DNA from: Naegleria gruberi
Lineage: Eukaryota
Direction: 5' to 3' (one strand)
Assembly (NCBI GenBank): GCA_000004985.1
Contig: GG738876.1
DNA: 64,000 nt
Positions 1-11,255 of the stretch are shown here, piece by piece; the first letter of the stretch is position 1; the number at the start of each line of letters is the position of its first letter. A program made the translations under genes and the position numbers. The notes below the pieces were generated by a model. The model was not told the origin of the DNA and made no database searches. It saw only the letters and a list, made by a program, of their open reading frames with translations.

Positions 1-2420
1 ATATATGCTGAAAGAAATCCATAGTATTTCCCTTTCTCAAGTTCTGAAATTGGATATTTATGGAATGGAATAGAATTTTGTGTTACCCATGTCAATAAAT
101 TGGTTTGTTGTGTCATATCCTCTTCCAATAGTGATTTTCCGTTTACCAAGAAATCAAGTATTTTGATAAGAACTCTTTCATAATATTCCTTATCACTTCC
201 CTTTTTTCCATTTTCAATAACTCTGTAGAGAAGATTTCTTTGGTAAGCATCTTTCTTTTCAACAAGTTGCTTCACAAGCTCACCCAAATTTTCAGAATAT
301 CCCATCTGTTCCAATAAATATTGAGCCACTTTGAAATATCCGTGCTCGATGGCTAAATCTACTGCTCTCAATCCGTTTCGTGTCTTTGTGTCCATGGAAA
401 GCTTATACTTTTCCACCAACAACTTGACTATTTCTAAAGCTCCAACAACTGATGCTCCATGAAGGAAAGTATTTCCCTCCAAAGTGGTCATGTTATTATC
501 TGCTCCACGATCCATTAACCATTCAACAATATTGGCCTTGCCATAATATATCGCATAGTTAACAGGACTGGAATGTTTAACATTGGTAATTTGATTCATT
601 AGCTTGTGCAGAGTTTCTTTTGAAAGTTTGGTTTCCAAATATTCCAAAACATTCAAGTGACCATGAATAGCTGCAGCATGAAGGATATTCTCACCATTGT
701 TATCAATTTGTGGATCAGCGCCATGTTCCAACAAAAATTGAAGACATTCCAATTGGCCCATAGTACTAGCTTGCAAAACAGGTGGTTGATAGGGATGAGT
801 AGAGAAGTTTGGATCCACCTGCAAGTCTTCTATCAAATACTTTAAAATATCAATTCTTCCAACAGAACAAGCAGCAGATAGGCATCTTTGTACTGATTTT
901 AGGTTGGTTTGCATAAAATCATCTCTTCTTGGCAAAACCAATTTGAAAATAGAGACATCCAAGCTGTTGAGTGGCACATATTCTAGAGGGAGGTTTCCAG
1001 ATTTGTCAATTTTCAATGCCAGATGAGGATATTTTTGTAGAATATACTCTATGAGATCCTTATTCTTTGATCCAATACTCAAGTGGGCAATATTCTTGTC
1101 TGCTTGGTATTCAACCTGTTCAGGATTAATATTTAATTCCTCGATAAGATACTTGACAATTCTTAAATGACCAAAATTGGCTGCCGTTGAGAGACAATCC
1201 AATTGGTTAAATTGACGTAATGTGAAAGTCTCCTTGTATTTGGTCAAATATTGTAATATTTCTAAATGGCCAAGTTCAGCATAAAGATTGGGAAAGTTTG
1301 CATTTGAGTTATTCAAATAGTAAAATCCATTCCTCATGAAATAATCTGCCAAATAAATATTCAATCCAAGTTCGGCACACCACAAAGTTGGATACTTGTT
1401 ATTCACATCTTTGAATTTCTCAACTGGATATTTATCCCTATTTGAAAGGAAATAGTAGAGAATTTTCATAGATCCATACATGGATGCCAAATGGTAACAT
1501 GTTGGTTTCCTTGGATGATTGGCAGGTTCTAACAATGAAATTTCATTATGAATTGAAAGAATGTACTCGAAAATTTCCACTTGATCATAAATTGAAGCTA
1601 AAAACAGTGGAGAATAACCATCTATATCTGAGCAAGAACAACTCAAGCCACCTTGTTGTTCATCAGCAATTAAATACTTGAAAATTGATAATGATCCATG
1701 CATGGCAGAATAATGCAAAACATTCCTGCCTCTATGATCTATAAATTGCAAAGCCTCCTTGCCAAATTTTCCAACCAATTGTTGGAAAAGGCTTAAATTA
1801 TCATTCATTGAAGCAATCATTAGAAGATTTCTACCCTCGGAATCTCTCATATCCTTCAAACTCTCCCAACATTCTTCAATCCACTCGAGAGGCACCATAA
1901 ACAACAAATGCAATGGATGGCACTCTTTGCAATCAATCACTGATTTTTCTGCTAATTTACACAATCTAACAAAAGACTCCTTCTCTTGTTTCACAATGGC
2001 ATTCACGAACAATTGATGAACATTATCATCATGATTAAATTTCTTTACATTGATCAATATTTCAACCATTGATTTCCTCTCGGAAATAATCATCCAATCT
2101 AACCAATTAAAATCCACGAGAGAAATTGACAAATCTACCAACTTGGTCAAATAAAACAATCTCAAGATGAAATTTGCTAAACTTGACTTTCTTCTCGTGA
2201 TTAACTTGTTCAGGTAATTGTTTAATTTTCCCTCCAACATTAAGTAATTAATTAAATTTTGATTTAAATATAAATTCTGACCAACATTGATTGTATGTTG
2301 CTCATCCGAACAATTTCTCAGCAAGGCATTGGGTGAATCCTCCACGTACGCCTTCTCAAAGAGTAGAATTTCAGTGTTGAAATGATCTTCAAGAGGTGAA
2401 GGAGTGACTTTTCTTTCCAT
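1..2420 (-). CDS. Ankyrin-repeat protein, 3' end runs off the window start (ATG at 2420-2418 on minus strand)
   Basis: Reverse-strand translation reads open from 2420 down to position 1. It contains repeated ankyrin-like units (e.g. NGENILHAAAIHGHLNVLEYL, GNTFLHGASVVGALEIVKLL, RNGLRAVDLAIEHGYFKVAQYLL). It is absent from the ORF track because no stop falls inside the window. Confidence 0.55.
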   Translation of the reverse strand, partial: MERKVTPSPLEDHFNTEILLFEKAYVEDSPNALLRNCSDEQHTINVGQNLYLNQNLINYLMLEGKLNNYLNKLITRRKSSLANFILRLFYLTKLVDLSISLVDFNWLDWMIISERKSMVEILINVKKFNHDDNVHQLFVNAIVKQEKESFVRLCKLAEKSVIDCKECHPLHLLFMVPLEWIEECWESLKDMRDSEGRNLLMIASMNDNLSLFQQLVGKFGKEALQFIDHRGRNVLHYSAMHGSLSIFKYLIADEQQGGLSCSCSDIDGYSPLFLASIYDQVEIFEYILSIHNEISLLEPANHPRKPTCYHLASMYGSMKILYYFLSNRDKYPVEKFKDVNNKYPTLWCAELGLNIYLADYFMRNGFYYLNNSNANFPNLYAELGHLEILQYLTKYKETFTLRQFNQLDCLSTAANFGHLRIVKYLIEELNINPEQVEYQADKNIAHLSIGSKNKDLIEYILQKYPHLALKIDKSGNLPLEYVPLNSLDVSIFKLVLPRRDDFMQTNLKSVQRCLSAACSVGRIDILKYLIEDLQVDPNFSTHPYQPPVLQASTMGQLECLQFLLEHGADPQIDNNGENILHAAAIHGHLNVLEYLETKLSKETLHKLMNQITNVKHSSPVNYAIYYGKANIVEWLMDRGADNNMTTLEGNTFLHGASVVGALEIVKLLVEKYKLSMDTKTRNGLRAVDLAIEHGYFKVAQYLLEQMGYSENLGELVKQLVEKKDAYQRNLLYRVIENGKKGSDKEYYERVLIKILDFLVNGKSLLEEDMTQQTNLLTWVTQNSIPFHKYPISELEKGKYYGFLSAY

Positions 2421-2920
2421 TTTTTAATGATAGATGTTCTGGTCATCAAGATATGGATAATTATTGGTTGTCATTGATAAGGGAGAGTACAAGATGAATC
2501 CTATGGCTTTTCTCTTTGTTCGGATGTTTCTCTTCTTTCACAAGTTCTTGTTTGTTGGTAGGAAGGAAAAATTGAAACATTTTTTTCCAAGTTGAATTGA
2601 TTAAGGCGCGAAATTTATTAAATTATTTTCAATTTAATAATTGTAAATACATGTATTGAAAGGTACTGTACATTATTGTTCATAGGTTACTCGGAAAACA
2701 ATTCCTTCTTTAAATTCCCTCAGAGGATATTTAAGATGAGCTACTTCATTTCAAAAAAGTAAATTTCCAAGTCGTCATCCATTCGGAGAAAACCATCAAC
2801 TCAAAGGATATTAAATACTCGTGTCCTAAATACCCTCTGCGCTTATTTACTATCCAATCAACTAAATGCATTTATGAACACAAGTTAGAGTGGAAACTTC
2901 AAGAAACAATTCAAAAAAAA

Positions 2921-4638
2921 ATGTATCTTATTGAACTGTTGCTTGCAATTCTACTTGTCATTGCAACCATTATCATTGTGAGAGTTTATACGAGTTATAG
3001 AAAGGTTTCACACATTCCTGGAGGTTGGCAAATAACCAGTTTTCTATTTAGAATTCCAATTGTGGCAGAGTATGTCTTTATTAATAATCCGAGAAGAATT
3101 CTTCAATTGGTAAAGGAGAAGAGTGAGAAGGAGAATGGAAATGTTGTGAGAGTTAGTTTGATGGGTAGAAATATTGTCTATATCAATGATAAAGAGTTAC
3201 TGAAAGAGGTTATTGTGACGAAAGGTCATAATTTCCCAAAACATAAGGCGCCTTATGAAGGATTTACTATATTTGGTGAGAATATATTGACCATTGAGGA
3301 TTCTGCTGATGAAAATTTAAGAAATCATCACAAGGTTTGTTCCCCTGCATTCACAAATCAAAATTTGGAATATCTTGTAGATTATTCTTCTAAAAGTATC
3401 GGAAAGTTGTTCGATAGATGGCAGAAACAAACTAAAGAATACACAATCAATGGAAAAACTGTACAAGGTTACTCACCTGCAGATATCAAGAATGATTTCA
3501 GTGATTTGACTCTTGATATTTTAGGACAAGTTGGTTTTGGTTTGGATTTTGACATTTTCTCTGCTAATGAACATTCTGAAGGCATTGAATTTAGAAAAAG
3601 TCTTGAATTACTTTTCACAACTGGTGTATTTGTTAAATTATATGTTGGAATGAATCCTCTCCTTAAATGGGCTCATCCACTAGCTCAACAATATTTTGGA
3701 ATTGACCATGCATTGAAGTATGTGAGTTCCAAATTGGATGACATGATTTCTGTGAGAAAGAATGAAATTGAACATCAATTTAGTTTATCTGGTGAAGGTT
3801 CTGATAGAAGAGACTTGTTGAGTTGCTTGATTGAAGCAAATTATCTTCAAAAAGGTTTATTGACTGATGATGAAGTCAAGTCTGATGCGTTTATTTTTTC
3901 GCTAGCCGGCCACGATACTACTTCAACAACCTTCCAATGGGTAAGTTTTAATTTTTTTATTGTTATTTAAATTTTTTTTATTTTTTTAAAATTTTCAAAT
4001 TCCATAAATAGTGTTGTTATGAATTAGGAAAGAGATTGGATGTTCAACAAAAAGTTCGTGAAGAAGTCAATTCCATCTTGAAAGGAAGAAAGCCAGTCTT
4101 TGATGACTTTACCGAAATGAATTATTTGAATTGTGTTGTTATGGAAACTTTAAGATTGCATCCACCAGTTCCAGCTGGTTTCCGTGTGGCCAAGAAATCA
4201 ACCAACATTGGAAAATATCAAATTCCAAAGGGTACCATTATTGCACTCGATTTGGCTAATACCAATTGGAATGAAAAACATTGGGAGAAACCTTTCGAAT
4301 TTATTCCAGAAAGATTTGCTATGAATTTTGATGAAAGACAAAAAACTGAAAGTGATTTTACGTGGGTTCCATTCTCTATGGGTAACAGAAAGTGCATTGT
4401 AAGTTTGAAAATCTATATTTCATTTATTTAGGCATTTAAATAATTCCAAATTTGTAAATTTTAGGGATTTAAATTTTCCAGATATGAATTATTCACCCTA
4501 TTGAGCAATATGATGCAAAAATATGAAATTATCACATTGAATGATGAATCTAATCCAAAAGATAGAGTATATGAAGTCCCTGGTCCAACCATCAATCCAG
4601 GAAATTTAAGATTGCTATTTAAGGAAATTTCCAATTAA
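2921..4638 (+). CDS. Cytochrome P450 monooxygenase, 3 exons: join(2921..3940,4012..4398,4465..4638), about 526 aa
   Basis: N-terminal hydrophobic anchor MYLIELLLAILLVIATIII. I-helix AGHDTTSTT, ExxR (ETLRLHPP), PERF, and heme-binding FSMGNRKCIGFKFS spanning the exon 2/3 junction. Introns are GTAAGT...AG (71 and 66 nt) and phases are consistent. The joined reading gives ...TTFQW|CCYELGKRLDVQQKVREEV. Confidence 0.85.
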
Positions 4639-4703
4639 TTAAAAAAATAATTTAATAAATAAATTGAGAAACACAAGAAATCAAATCTTGATCTCAAGTT
4701 GAA

Positions 4704-5906
4704 CTACCACATTTGGAATAAATCATCAGCATTTGTTGGTAACATTGTGAGTCTCTTCTTCTTTTGCTCTATAAAATCTTGCAAGTCAACTGGATCACTA
4801 TTTGCTGGACTCACGTCACTTTTTCTTGGAGTTCTATTAGAAAAACTATTCAATGGAGTGGATGTAATCGTACCAGGTGTTGGGAGTGGTCTTTCCTTAA
4901 GAGGTTTTCCACTAATTTGAACGGTTGGAGTTGTTGGAAGATTCGTCTTTTCCTTTTCAAGTTCCTTATTGAGAAAATCATTTCGTTCTTGTTTAATCTT
5001 ATCCATCAGATTGCTGGTGTGGAGAGTTTTAATGTTAGTGCCTGTTACTGTTGATGTGCTTGGTTTTGGTGAGGTTAGTGCTGAGCTAGTGGTATAGTCA
5101 ACATTCGAATAAGATTTCGAATGGACTGGACTTGAAGGTAATTGTACGGATTCTCTTTCTTTTCTTATCATATTTTCCAATAATTCTAAACGTTTCATTT
5201 CTTCTTCTCTCAATAATCTTAACAATTCTTGTAAGCGATCTTCTTCAGAATTCGACCAATTTTCGGATGAAGAAGGTGTGAATCGAATAGACTTTCTTTC
5301 AAATAATTGCATTGCTTCCTTGTAATTTGATGAATCCAACTTTTCATTTTCAAATTGTTGCAATAATTTTGAGAATCTTTCTGTCATTTTACTGTCAGCT
5401 GTCGAGACATTCTTTCTAATATTGAAATTTCTCTTAACTCTGTCATGATGGAAAGCTGTGGTGGATTGTTGTTTTGGTTTTCTTTCAATTCTTGCAATTT
5501 TCTCGCTTACACTTGAAGTTGGTGGAGAGTTTCCTCCAGTTTCGGTTAATTGTTCGAAATTACCAATTGTCTTTCTGATGGAAGAATTAGTTTTGATATT
5601 TCTTGAAATTCTGTGATCCGAAGATGGGGAATGATTCTTTGGTGATGAAGATAAATTTGGTGAAGAGGACATTCTATTCAAATTATTATTCGAATGTGGT
5701 TTAATCATCACAGAGGAAGAATTTGAACGATTTAATATTGGTACATTCGAATCATCCTTTGCTGATGGTTGAGTTGGCGATGATCCTTGCTTTTCAAAAA
5801 TGTCAATTCTTTCTTTCGTCTTGTTGGAAATCGAAACTGTATGTCTCTTATTCGAATCATCAAACTTTTGAGCAAGGGATGAAACTTTTTTCACTCCAGG
5901 TGACAT
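4704..5906 (-). CDS. Ser/Asn-rich low-complexity protein with a coiled-coil segment (hypothetical)
   Basis: 400-aa ORF. Poly-S/N/T tracts plus a heptad-like stretch EEDRLQELLRLLREEEMKRLELLENMIRKERE. No recognisable catalytic domain. Confidence 0.45.
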   Translation of the reverse strand: MSPGVKKVSSLAQKFDDSNKRHTVSISNKTKERIDIFEKQGSSPTQPSAKDDSNVPILNRSNSSSVMIKPHSNNNLNRMSSSPNLSSSPKNHSPSSDHRISRNIKTNSSIRKTIGNFEQLTETGGNSPPTSSVSEKIARIERKPKQQSTTAFHHDRVKRNFNIRKNVSTADSKMTERFSKLLQQFENEKLDSSNYKEAMQLFERKSIRFTPSSSENWSNSEEDRLQELLRLLREEEMKRLELLENMIRKERESVQLPSSPVHSKSYSNVDYTTSSALTSPKPSTSTVTGTNIKTLHTSNLMDKIKQERNDFLNKELEKEKTNLPTTPTVQISGKPLKERPLPTPGTITSTPLNSFSNRTPRKSDVSPANSDPVDLQDFIEQKKKRLTMLPTNADDLFQMW

Positions 5907-6079
5907 GTTGTGATAGGATTGGTGTAAATTTTTTTCTTATTGGCTTGACGAAACCTTTCTAATAACTTTGCTAAGACTGCGGAGTGCAAAAACGACAATT
6001 TTTTGAGAATCATTGAAAAGGATCCAAGAACCAAATCAGGCCAATAATTAAAGGTATTTAATGGATATTAAACGGCGAA

Positions 6080-6427
6080 ATGAAAGGTCCGAAAATCAAT
6101 ATTTTCAAAAAGAGATTCTTTAAGATTGAAGGTCATAATCTAATATATCAAACGGATAGTAAGGATTGCAAAGCTCTTGGTTCAATTGATTTGAGAACAG
6201 CTCTCACTGATATTGCTCCTGAAAAATCGAGTAATAAGAGAAAATATGTTTTCAGAGTAGAAATTCCAGGAAGAACCTACTTTATGTCAGCACCATCCAA
6301 ATTGGAATGGAGAAGGAAATGTTATGGATTAGTTCTTTCACTTTCTAATTTGTTAATTTATATGAAGAACTGTAAAGCAGTTATTGTAAACTTCAAAATA
6401 TTCCGCATTCCAATGATATTCTATTGA
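6080..6427 (+). CDS. Small PH-domain-like protein (hypothetical)
   Basis: 115-aa ORF. FFKIEGHNLIYQTDSKDCKALGSIDLRTALTDIAPEKSSNKRKYVFRVEIPGRTYFMSAPSKLEWRRK resembles a pleckstrin-homology fold pattern. The C-terminus is uncertain. Confidence 0.35.
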   Translation: MKGPKINIFKKRFFKIEGHNLIYQTDSKDCKALGSIDLRTALTDIAPEKSSNKRKYVFRVEIPGRTYFMSAPSKLEWRRKCYGLVLSLSNLLIYMKNCKAVIVNFKIFRIPMIFY

Positions 6428-6530
6428 AAATTGTTGAATTTAAACTTTCCACTGCTTTCTAATAATAAATTGACCTTTCGTCCATCATCAACTCCAAATA
6501 GTTCATCAATTAATTCATTGTAATCAATAA

Positions 6531-8063
6531 TTGTTCAACTTTCCACAAAAAAAAATGTCTCAATTTCCACTCCCAATCTCCCACTTTCTCATCCGAAACC
6601 AAGTTGAATTTCTTCTTCTCACCTCCGATGGTAAACTCTTCATCTCCCCTCACATGCACAATACTCGTCACATTCACATGATCCGATCACAATATTTACA
6701 AGATTTATCATCCGAAAATTTTTATATCACAATGACGGATAGAAATTTACATCAGAAAGATGTCGTGATGGAAAATACAAGTCTTGTAGAGTTTCGGTTG
6801 AAATCAATTGATTTGCTAAATGTGGAGAAGGTTAAGAAGATGAATGAGAATAGGAATGAGAAGGTGATTTTGATTAATGATGCTCATCAGGTTATTGGAA
6901 AGAATGTTAATGGAAAGGTTTCGTATTTGAGTGAAATGGAAAGTTTGATAGTGAGAGCATCAAGTTGGGAACCAATTATTTTGGAAAATTGGATATATGC
7001 TACAGAAATGTATCCTGCCTTGGATTTCTTATGGAATTGTGAGAGAGTGAGATGTTTCAGTGTGTCTGTGAATGGAAATATTTCTCTAGTCACTGAATCA
7101 AACTCAATTTATATATTTGGAAATGTGGAAAATTTTATTGGAAAGAAGTGTGAATTCAGAGGAGAGTACGAGAGAGATGGATTGAGATTTGTTCGATTGA
7201 GGCCACCAAAATTGGCCTGCACAAAGAGTCAATATTGTGAGAATGAATTTTCCACGAGTAATGACTTTCAAATCACTCAGATAGAATGTGGAATTTCACA
7301 TGTTATTGTGCAATGTAAGAATAGAGATATTTATGTGGTGGGAGAAAATTCTGCCATGCTCATTGGATTGGAACATCGATCTCTGTATAGAATGTTAACT
7401 CCTCTTAGAATTTCTGTATTGAACGATCTTGAGTATGTGGTGCAAATTGTTTGTTTGACATCTTGCACTCTTTTCTTGACAAGTGAAGGTCGCGTCCTAT
7501 TTACTGGATCGTTTAAGAGCAAATCAAATGGAATTGAAGTATTTAAACAACTAGTGGGAAGAGTTTCTAAAATTTCAGGAGAATCTTCATATGTCGCATT
7601 CCTAATGGAAGACAATCAAACAATTTGCTTGTTTAATGTATCTCTACGATTTGGAGAAATGATTTTTGAAACAAATTTGGAAAAGGGTCAAATTGCTGAC
7701 ATTAATTGTTCTTCTTCTGGAATTGAAATATTAACAAGTGAGGGAGACATTGAGAATATTTGCTTTTCCCACCAAGGAATGAAAGATATGGATGAAAACT
7801 ATGGAATGATTCCAACAAAGGTGGTACCAGTCACTGTGAAAGAATGCTACAATATTACACCTTATTATTTCGAACACACAGAAAGTGACCTCTCTCCAAT
7901 TCATCCCTGTACAAGAATTGCCCAATTTCTCATTTACAATCAAACACCATCCTACATTACAAGTATAGAAACAAGAAATGTCAAATATTTCAAAGAAAAT
8001 TTACATTCAAATTTGAAATCCCTCTTAGAAACCTTCTCTGATATATCACTTTCCACAATTTAA
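6531..8063 (+). CDS. Hypothetical protein with RCC1-like beta-propeller repeats
   Basis: 510-aa ORF with repeated blade-like units (QIECGISHVIVQCKNRDIYVVGENS; QIVCLTSCTLFLTSEGRVLFTGS; SGESSYVAFLMEDNQTICLFN). Weak family assignment. Confidence 0.4.
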   Translation: MFNFPQKKMSQFPLPISHFLIRNQVEFLLLTSDGKLFISPHMHNTRHIHMIRSQYLQDLSSENFYITMTDRNLHQKDVVMENTSLVEFRLKSIDLLNVEKVKKMNENRNEKVILINDAHQVIGKNVNGKVSYLSEMESLIVRASSWEPIILENWIYATEMYPALDFLWNCERVRCFSVSVNGNISLVTESNSIYIFGNVENFIGKKCEFRGEYERDGLRFVRLRPPKLACTKSQYCENEFSTSNDFQITQIECGISHVIVQCKNRDIYVVGENSAMLIGLEHRSLYRMLTPLRISVLNDLEYVVQIVCLTSCTLFLTSEGRVLFTGSFKSKSNGIEVFKQLVGRVSKISGESSYVAFLMEDNQTICLFNVSLRFGEMIFETNLEKGQIADINCSSSGIEILTSEGDIENICFSHQGMKDMDENYGMIPTKVVPVTVKECYNITPYYFEHTESDLSPIHPCTRIAQFLIYNQTPSYITSIETRNVKYFKENLHSNLKSLLETFSDISLSTI

Positions 8064-8338
8064 TCCTCAATCCACTCATCCCATTCAAATTTCCTCAATA
8101 AATCCTCTCCTAATCTTTAGTTCACCTTCAACAATGAAAACGCCATTCTTCAACAAGGCAAAAACTTTTCATTGTAAAATCTGTCGCCCCTCCTTCAACA
8201 ATTTTTTGGTTGGTTCCAATTTTTTCCAACCGCTCTTGTTCCCGTAATCATCAGGGTGAATAATTGGTGAAAAATTAAAAAATACCTCAACAATATTTAA
8301 CAAACTCTTTCCCGAATATATAATAATACCTAATTACA

Positions 8339-9949
8339 ATGGCCAACAAGACTAAACGTCCACAACAACAAGATGAATGGGAAGATGAATCTACCCTCAA
8401 GAAGGTTCCAGTTACCTTGTTGAGTGGTTTCTTGGGAGCAGGTAAGTAATTTCACATTGTCATCTTTGTATTCGATATTGATGATGTTTCTTGTGATTGT
8501 GAAATGGAAATTGGATAGGTAAGACAACACTGCTGAGACACATCCTAAAGAATAGAAATAACCTCAGAGTTGCTGTAATTGTCAATGATATGGCTGCATG
8601 TAAGTAATTTCCCCTCCATTCAATTTTTCACACCAACATCATGGTCAATTGCTGCAAATTTTAACACAACATGTTGAAATTCAATTCAATCACCACCAAC
8701 AGTGAATATTGATGAAGCTCTTGTCGAAAAATCAGGAGTCAAACTCAAACAATCAGAAGAGAAACTTGTCTCGATGAAAAATGGTTGCATTTGCTGCACT
8801 CTTCGTGAAGATTTACTCGTAGAATTATATGAATTGGCACAAGAAGGAAAGTTCGATTATTGTGTGATTGAATCGACGGGAATTGGTGAGCCAATGCAAG
8901 TGGCAGAAACTTTCACATTCGATGTTGGTATTCAAATTGAACAAGACGAAAAGAGTGGAAAGAGAAAGAAGAAGAACAAGAAGGAAAAGAAGACTTTCAT
9001 CTTGTCAGATTTTGCACAATTGGATACTTGTGTGACAGTGGTAGATTGCAACAGTTTCTTCCAAGATTTGAAATCAGTCGAAACATTGGCCGAAAGATAC
9101 AACAAGCAAAATGATGAAGAATATGAAAGAAATTTGGCAAACTTGCTGATTGACCAAATTGAATTTGCCAACGTCATCCTCTTAAATAAGACAGATCTCG
9201 TCACTCCGGACGAATTGACCAAGATTAAGGGTGTCATTTCCAAACTAAACCCAGACGCAACCGTACACGAAACCCAAAACTCTACCGTTCCATTGGAGAA
9301 GATTTTAAACACTGGACTATTTGACTTTGAAAAGGCAGCATGCAATCCAGGTTGGCTTAAAGAAATTCGTGGCTCTCACAATCCTGAAACTTTAGAATAT
9401 GGCATCTCCAGTTTCGTCTATAGACGTAGAAAGCCATTCAACACCAAACTCTTATTCGATTTCTTCTATTCTGAAAAGTACATGCAACAAAACGTGCTCA
9501 GATCGAAAGGTTACTGTTGGCTTAATACAAGAAATGATTACTGCGGAGATTGGGAACAAGCAGGAAACCAAATTACCATCCACGATGGAGGACTTTTCTT
9601 TGCAGCACTCGGTGAAGAACAAGGAAAATCAATGTACGGAGAGGAAGTCTTTGAAAGGGTCAAGAAGGAGGATTTTAAGGACGGAGTTGGGGATCGTCGT
9701 CAGGAGTTGGTGATTATTGGACAGAATTTGAATGAGGAGGAAATAACTAAGAGATTGGATGCCTTATTGATTAGTGATGAAGATTTTGCTAAGGGAGTTG
9801 AGTATTATTCAACTCAATTGTGTGGTGATGAGGGATTATTTGCTCCGTTCAATAGTTTTGAACAAAATGAAGAGATGGAATGGGAAACTGATGAAGAGGA
9901 AGAAGAAAAGGTTGTACCAGAAAAAAAGAAGAATCAAAAGAAGAAATAA
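8339..9949 (+). CDS. CobW/ZNG1-family metallochaperone GTPase (COBW domain), join(8339..8441,8519..8599,8703..9949)
   Basis: P-loop GFLGAG|GKTTLL split by a phase-1 intron (GTAAGT...AG). CobW motif [11 protein letters not shown]. Switch region and an acidic Glu-rich C-terminal tail. Exons 1-2 were found upstream of track ORF 8702..9949. Confidence 0.8.
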
Positions 9950-9993
9950 ATATTTTGTAAATAATTAAATAATTTAAATATTTATTAAAAAAA

Positions 9994-11205
9994 ATGAATG
10001 AAAGCGAAAAGAAGAGAAAATTTGATGAATTTAATGAAGCGAATAATTGTATTGAATCGTCATCAGCATCAGCACCATTAATTGGTTTATCTTCGGAAGA
10101 GTTTCATCTCCAAGTAGTAGAGGAAAATAATTTAAAAACTTCATCATCGGAAGAAGAAACAACGAAGAAGGCTTTGCCATCATTAGTAGATACATCCTCT
10201 CCATCATCAAAATTATTTACCATTCTCTATCAGGATAAAGACGTAGTCATCATTGATAAGCCTCCAAATTTAAGGCTCTACGCAAGTGAACATTATTCAA
10301 TGGAAACGGTAGAAAAACTTGCAAAGGAACAATTTGCTTCCATGTTGATGGATAAGGACCCACAGAATTCTTGTTCTTCTTCTGGTAAAATTGAGGATGA
10401 TAATTCTTGTAAAGGAAGTAATAAGAAAAGGAAAATTCAATCACGTACTGGTAGTAGTGATGAGAGGAAAATTAGATTTCCTCACCGATTGGATATGGCC
10501 ACTTCTGGAGTGTTGTGTTTGAGCATGACAAGGGAGAGCTGTGCTTGTTTGAGTACAAGTTTTGAAGACAAGACGAGTAGGAAGTTTTATTTGGCCTTGT
10601 TGAGTGGAGATGTGAATTTGGAAGAGTTGAAAATGAATGAAAAATTGAGGAATAATGTCAAGGTCGTGAATGAAAATGATTGCTCGAAAATTATCATAAC
10701 ATCATTCATTGGAAGAGATGATGGAGGAAATAATGAAAATGAAGAGTATGATCCAACTGGAAGAGGATTTGTCATGAAACAAACATTGGAAAAACCTATT
10801 GAAGATTTGAGTAAATACAAGACTAAGCAGGAGAGACAGCAACATCAATTTAGAGAAGGGACGTCAGAGATGATCATTCTCAGTTATGGACAAGTGGAAA
10901 ATAAGCCAGTTACAAAGGTGCTGCTGAGGCCACTCTCTGGTAGAAAACATCAATTGAGATTGCATTCACTCCTCTTAGGACATGCCATTATTGGAGATGA
11001 AATGTATGGAGAAAATGATGGATTTTCAAGATTAATGTTACATGCCTATTCGTTGCAAATTCCAATTGATAAGGAATATCTTTCAGGAGAGAAGAGTAAA
11101 CGAAGTATCAATGTGAGAACACAAGATCCATTTGACAAGATTTATGTGGAAAAGCAAGTATTGGTAGATGAATCTAAATTGGTAGAAATTTTGGGAACTA
11201 GATAG
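9994..11205 (+). CDS. RluA-family RNA pseudouridine synthase domain protein
   Basis: Catalytic [11 protein letters not shown] motif, KHQLRLH motif, and [13 protein letters not shown]; 403-aa ORF. Confidence 0.7.
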   Translation: MNESEKKRKFDEFNEANNCIESSSASAPLIGLSSEEFHLQVVEENNLKTSSSEEETTKKALPSLVDTSSPSSKLFTILYQDKDVVIIDKPPNLRLYASEHYSMETVEKLAKEQFASMLMDKDPQNSCSSSGKIEDDNSCKGSNKKRKIQSRTGSSDERKIRFPHRLDMATSGVLCLSMTRESCACLSTSFEDKTSRKFYLALLSGDVNLEELKMNEKLRNNVKVVNENDCSKIIITSFIGRDDGGNNENEEYDPTGRGFVMKQTLEKPIEDLSKYKTKQERQQHQFREGTSEMIILSYGQVENKPVTKVLLRPLSGRKHQLRLHSLLLGHAIIGDEMYGENDGFSRLMLHAYSLQIPIDKEYLSGEKSKRSINVRTQDPFDKIYVEKQVLVDESKLVEILGTR

Positions 11206-11255
11206 TTATTAATTCTAGATAGTTATTCAAACTTGTTCTTGTTATGAAAATTTTA

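Noticed and set aside
4699-5962. Plus-strand ORFs 4699-4920, 4764-5054 and 5723-5962 overlapping the 400-aa minus-strand gene
   Set aside because: Short, antisense to a longer coherent ORF, with no motifs.
6428-6540. Possible fusion of the PH-domain ORF (6080-6427) to the RCC1-like ORF (6531-8063) via an intron
   Set aside because: Every candidate acceptor between them leads into stop codons in all frames within about 20 nt. They were kept as separate genes.
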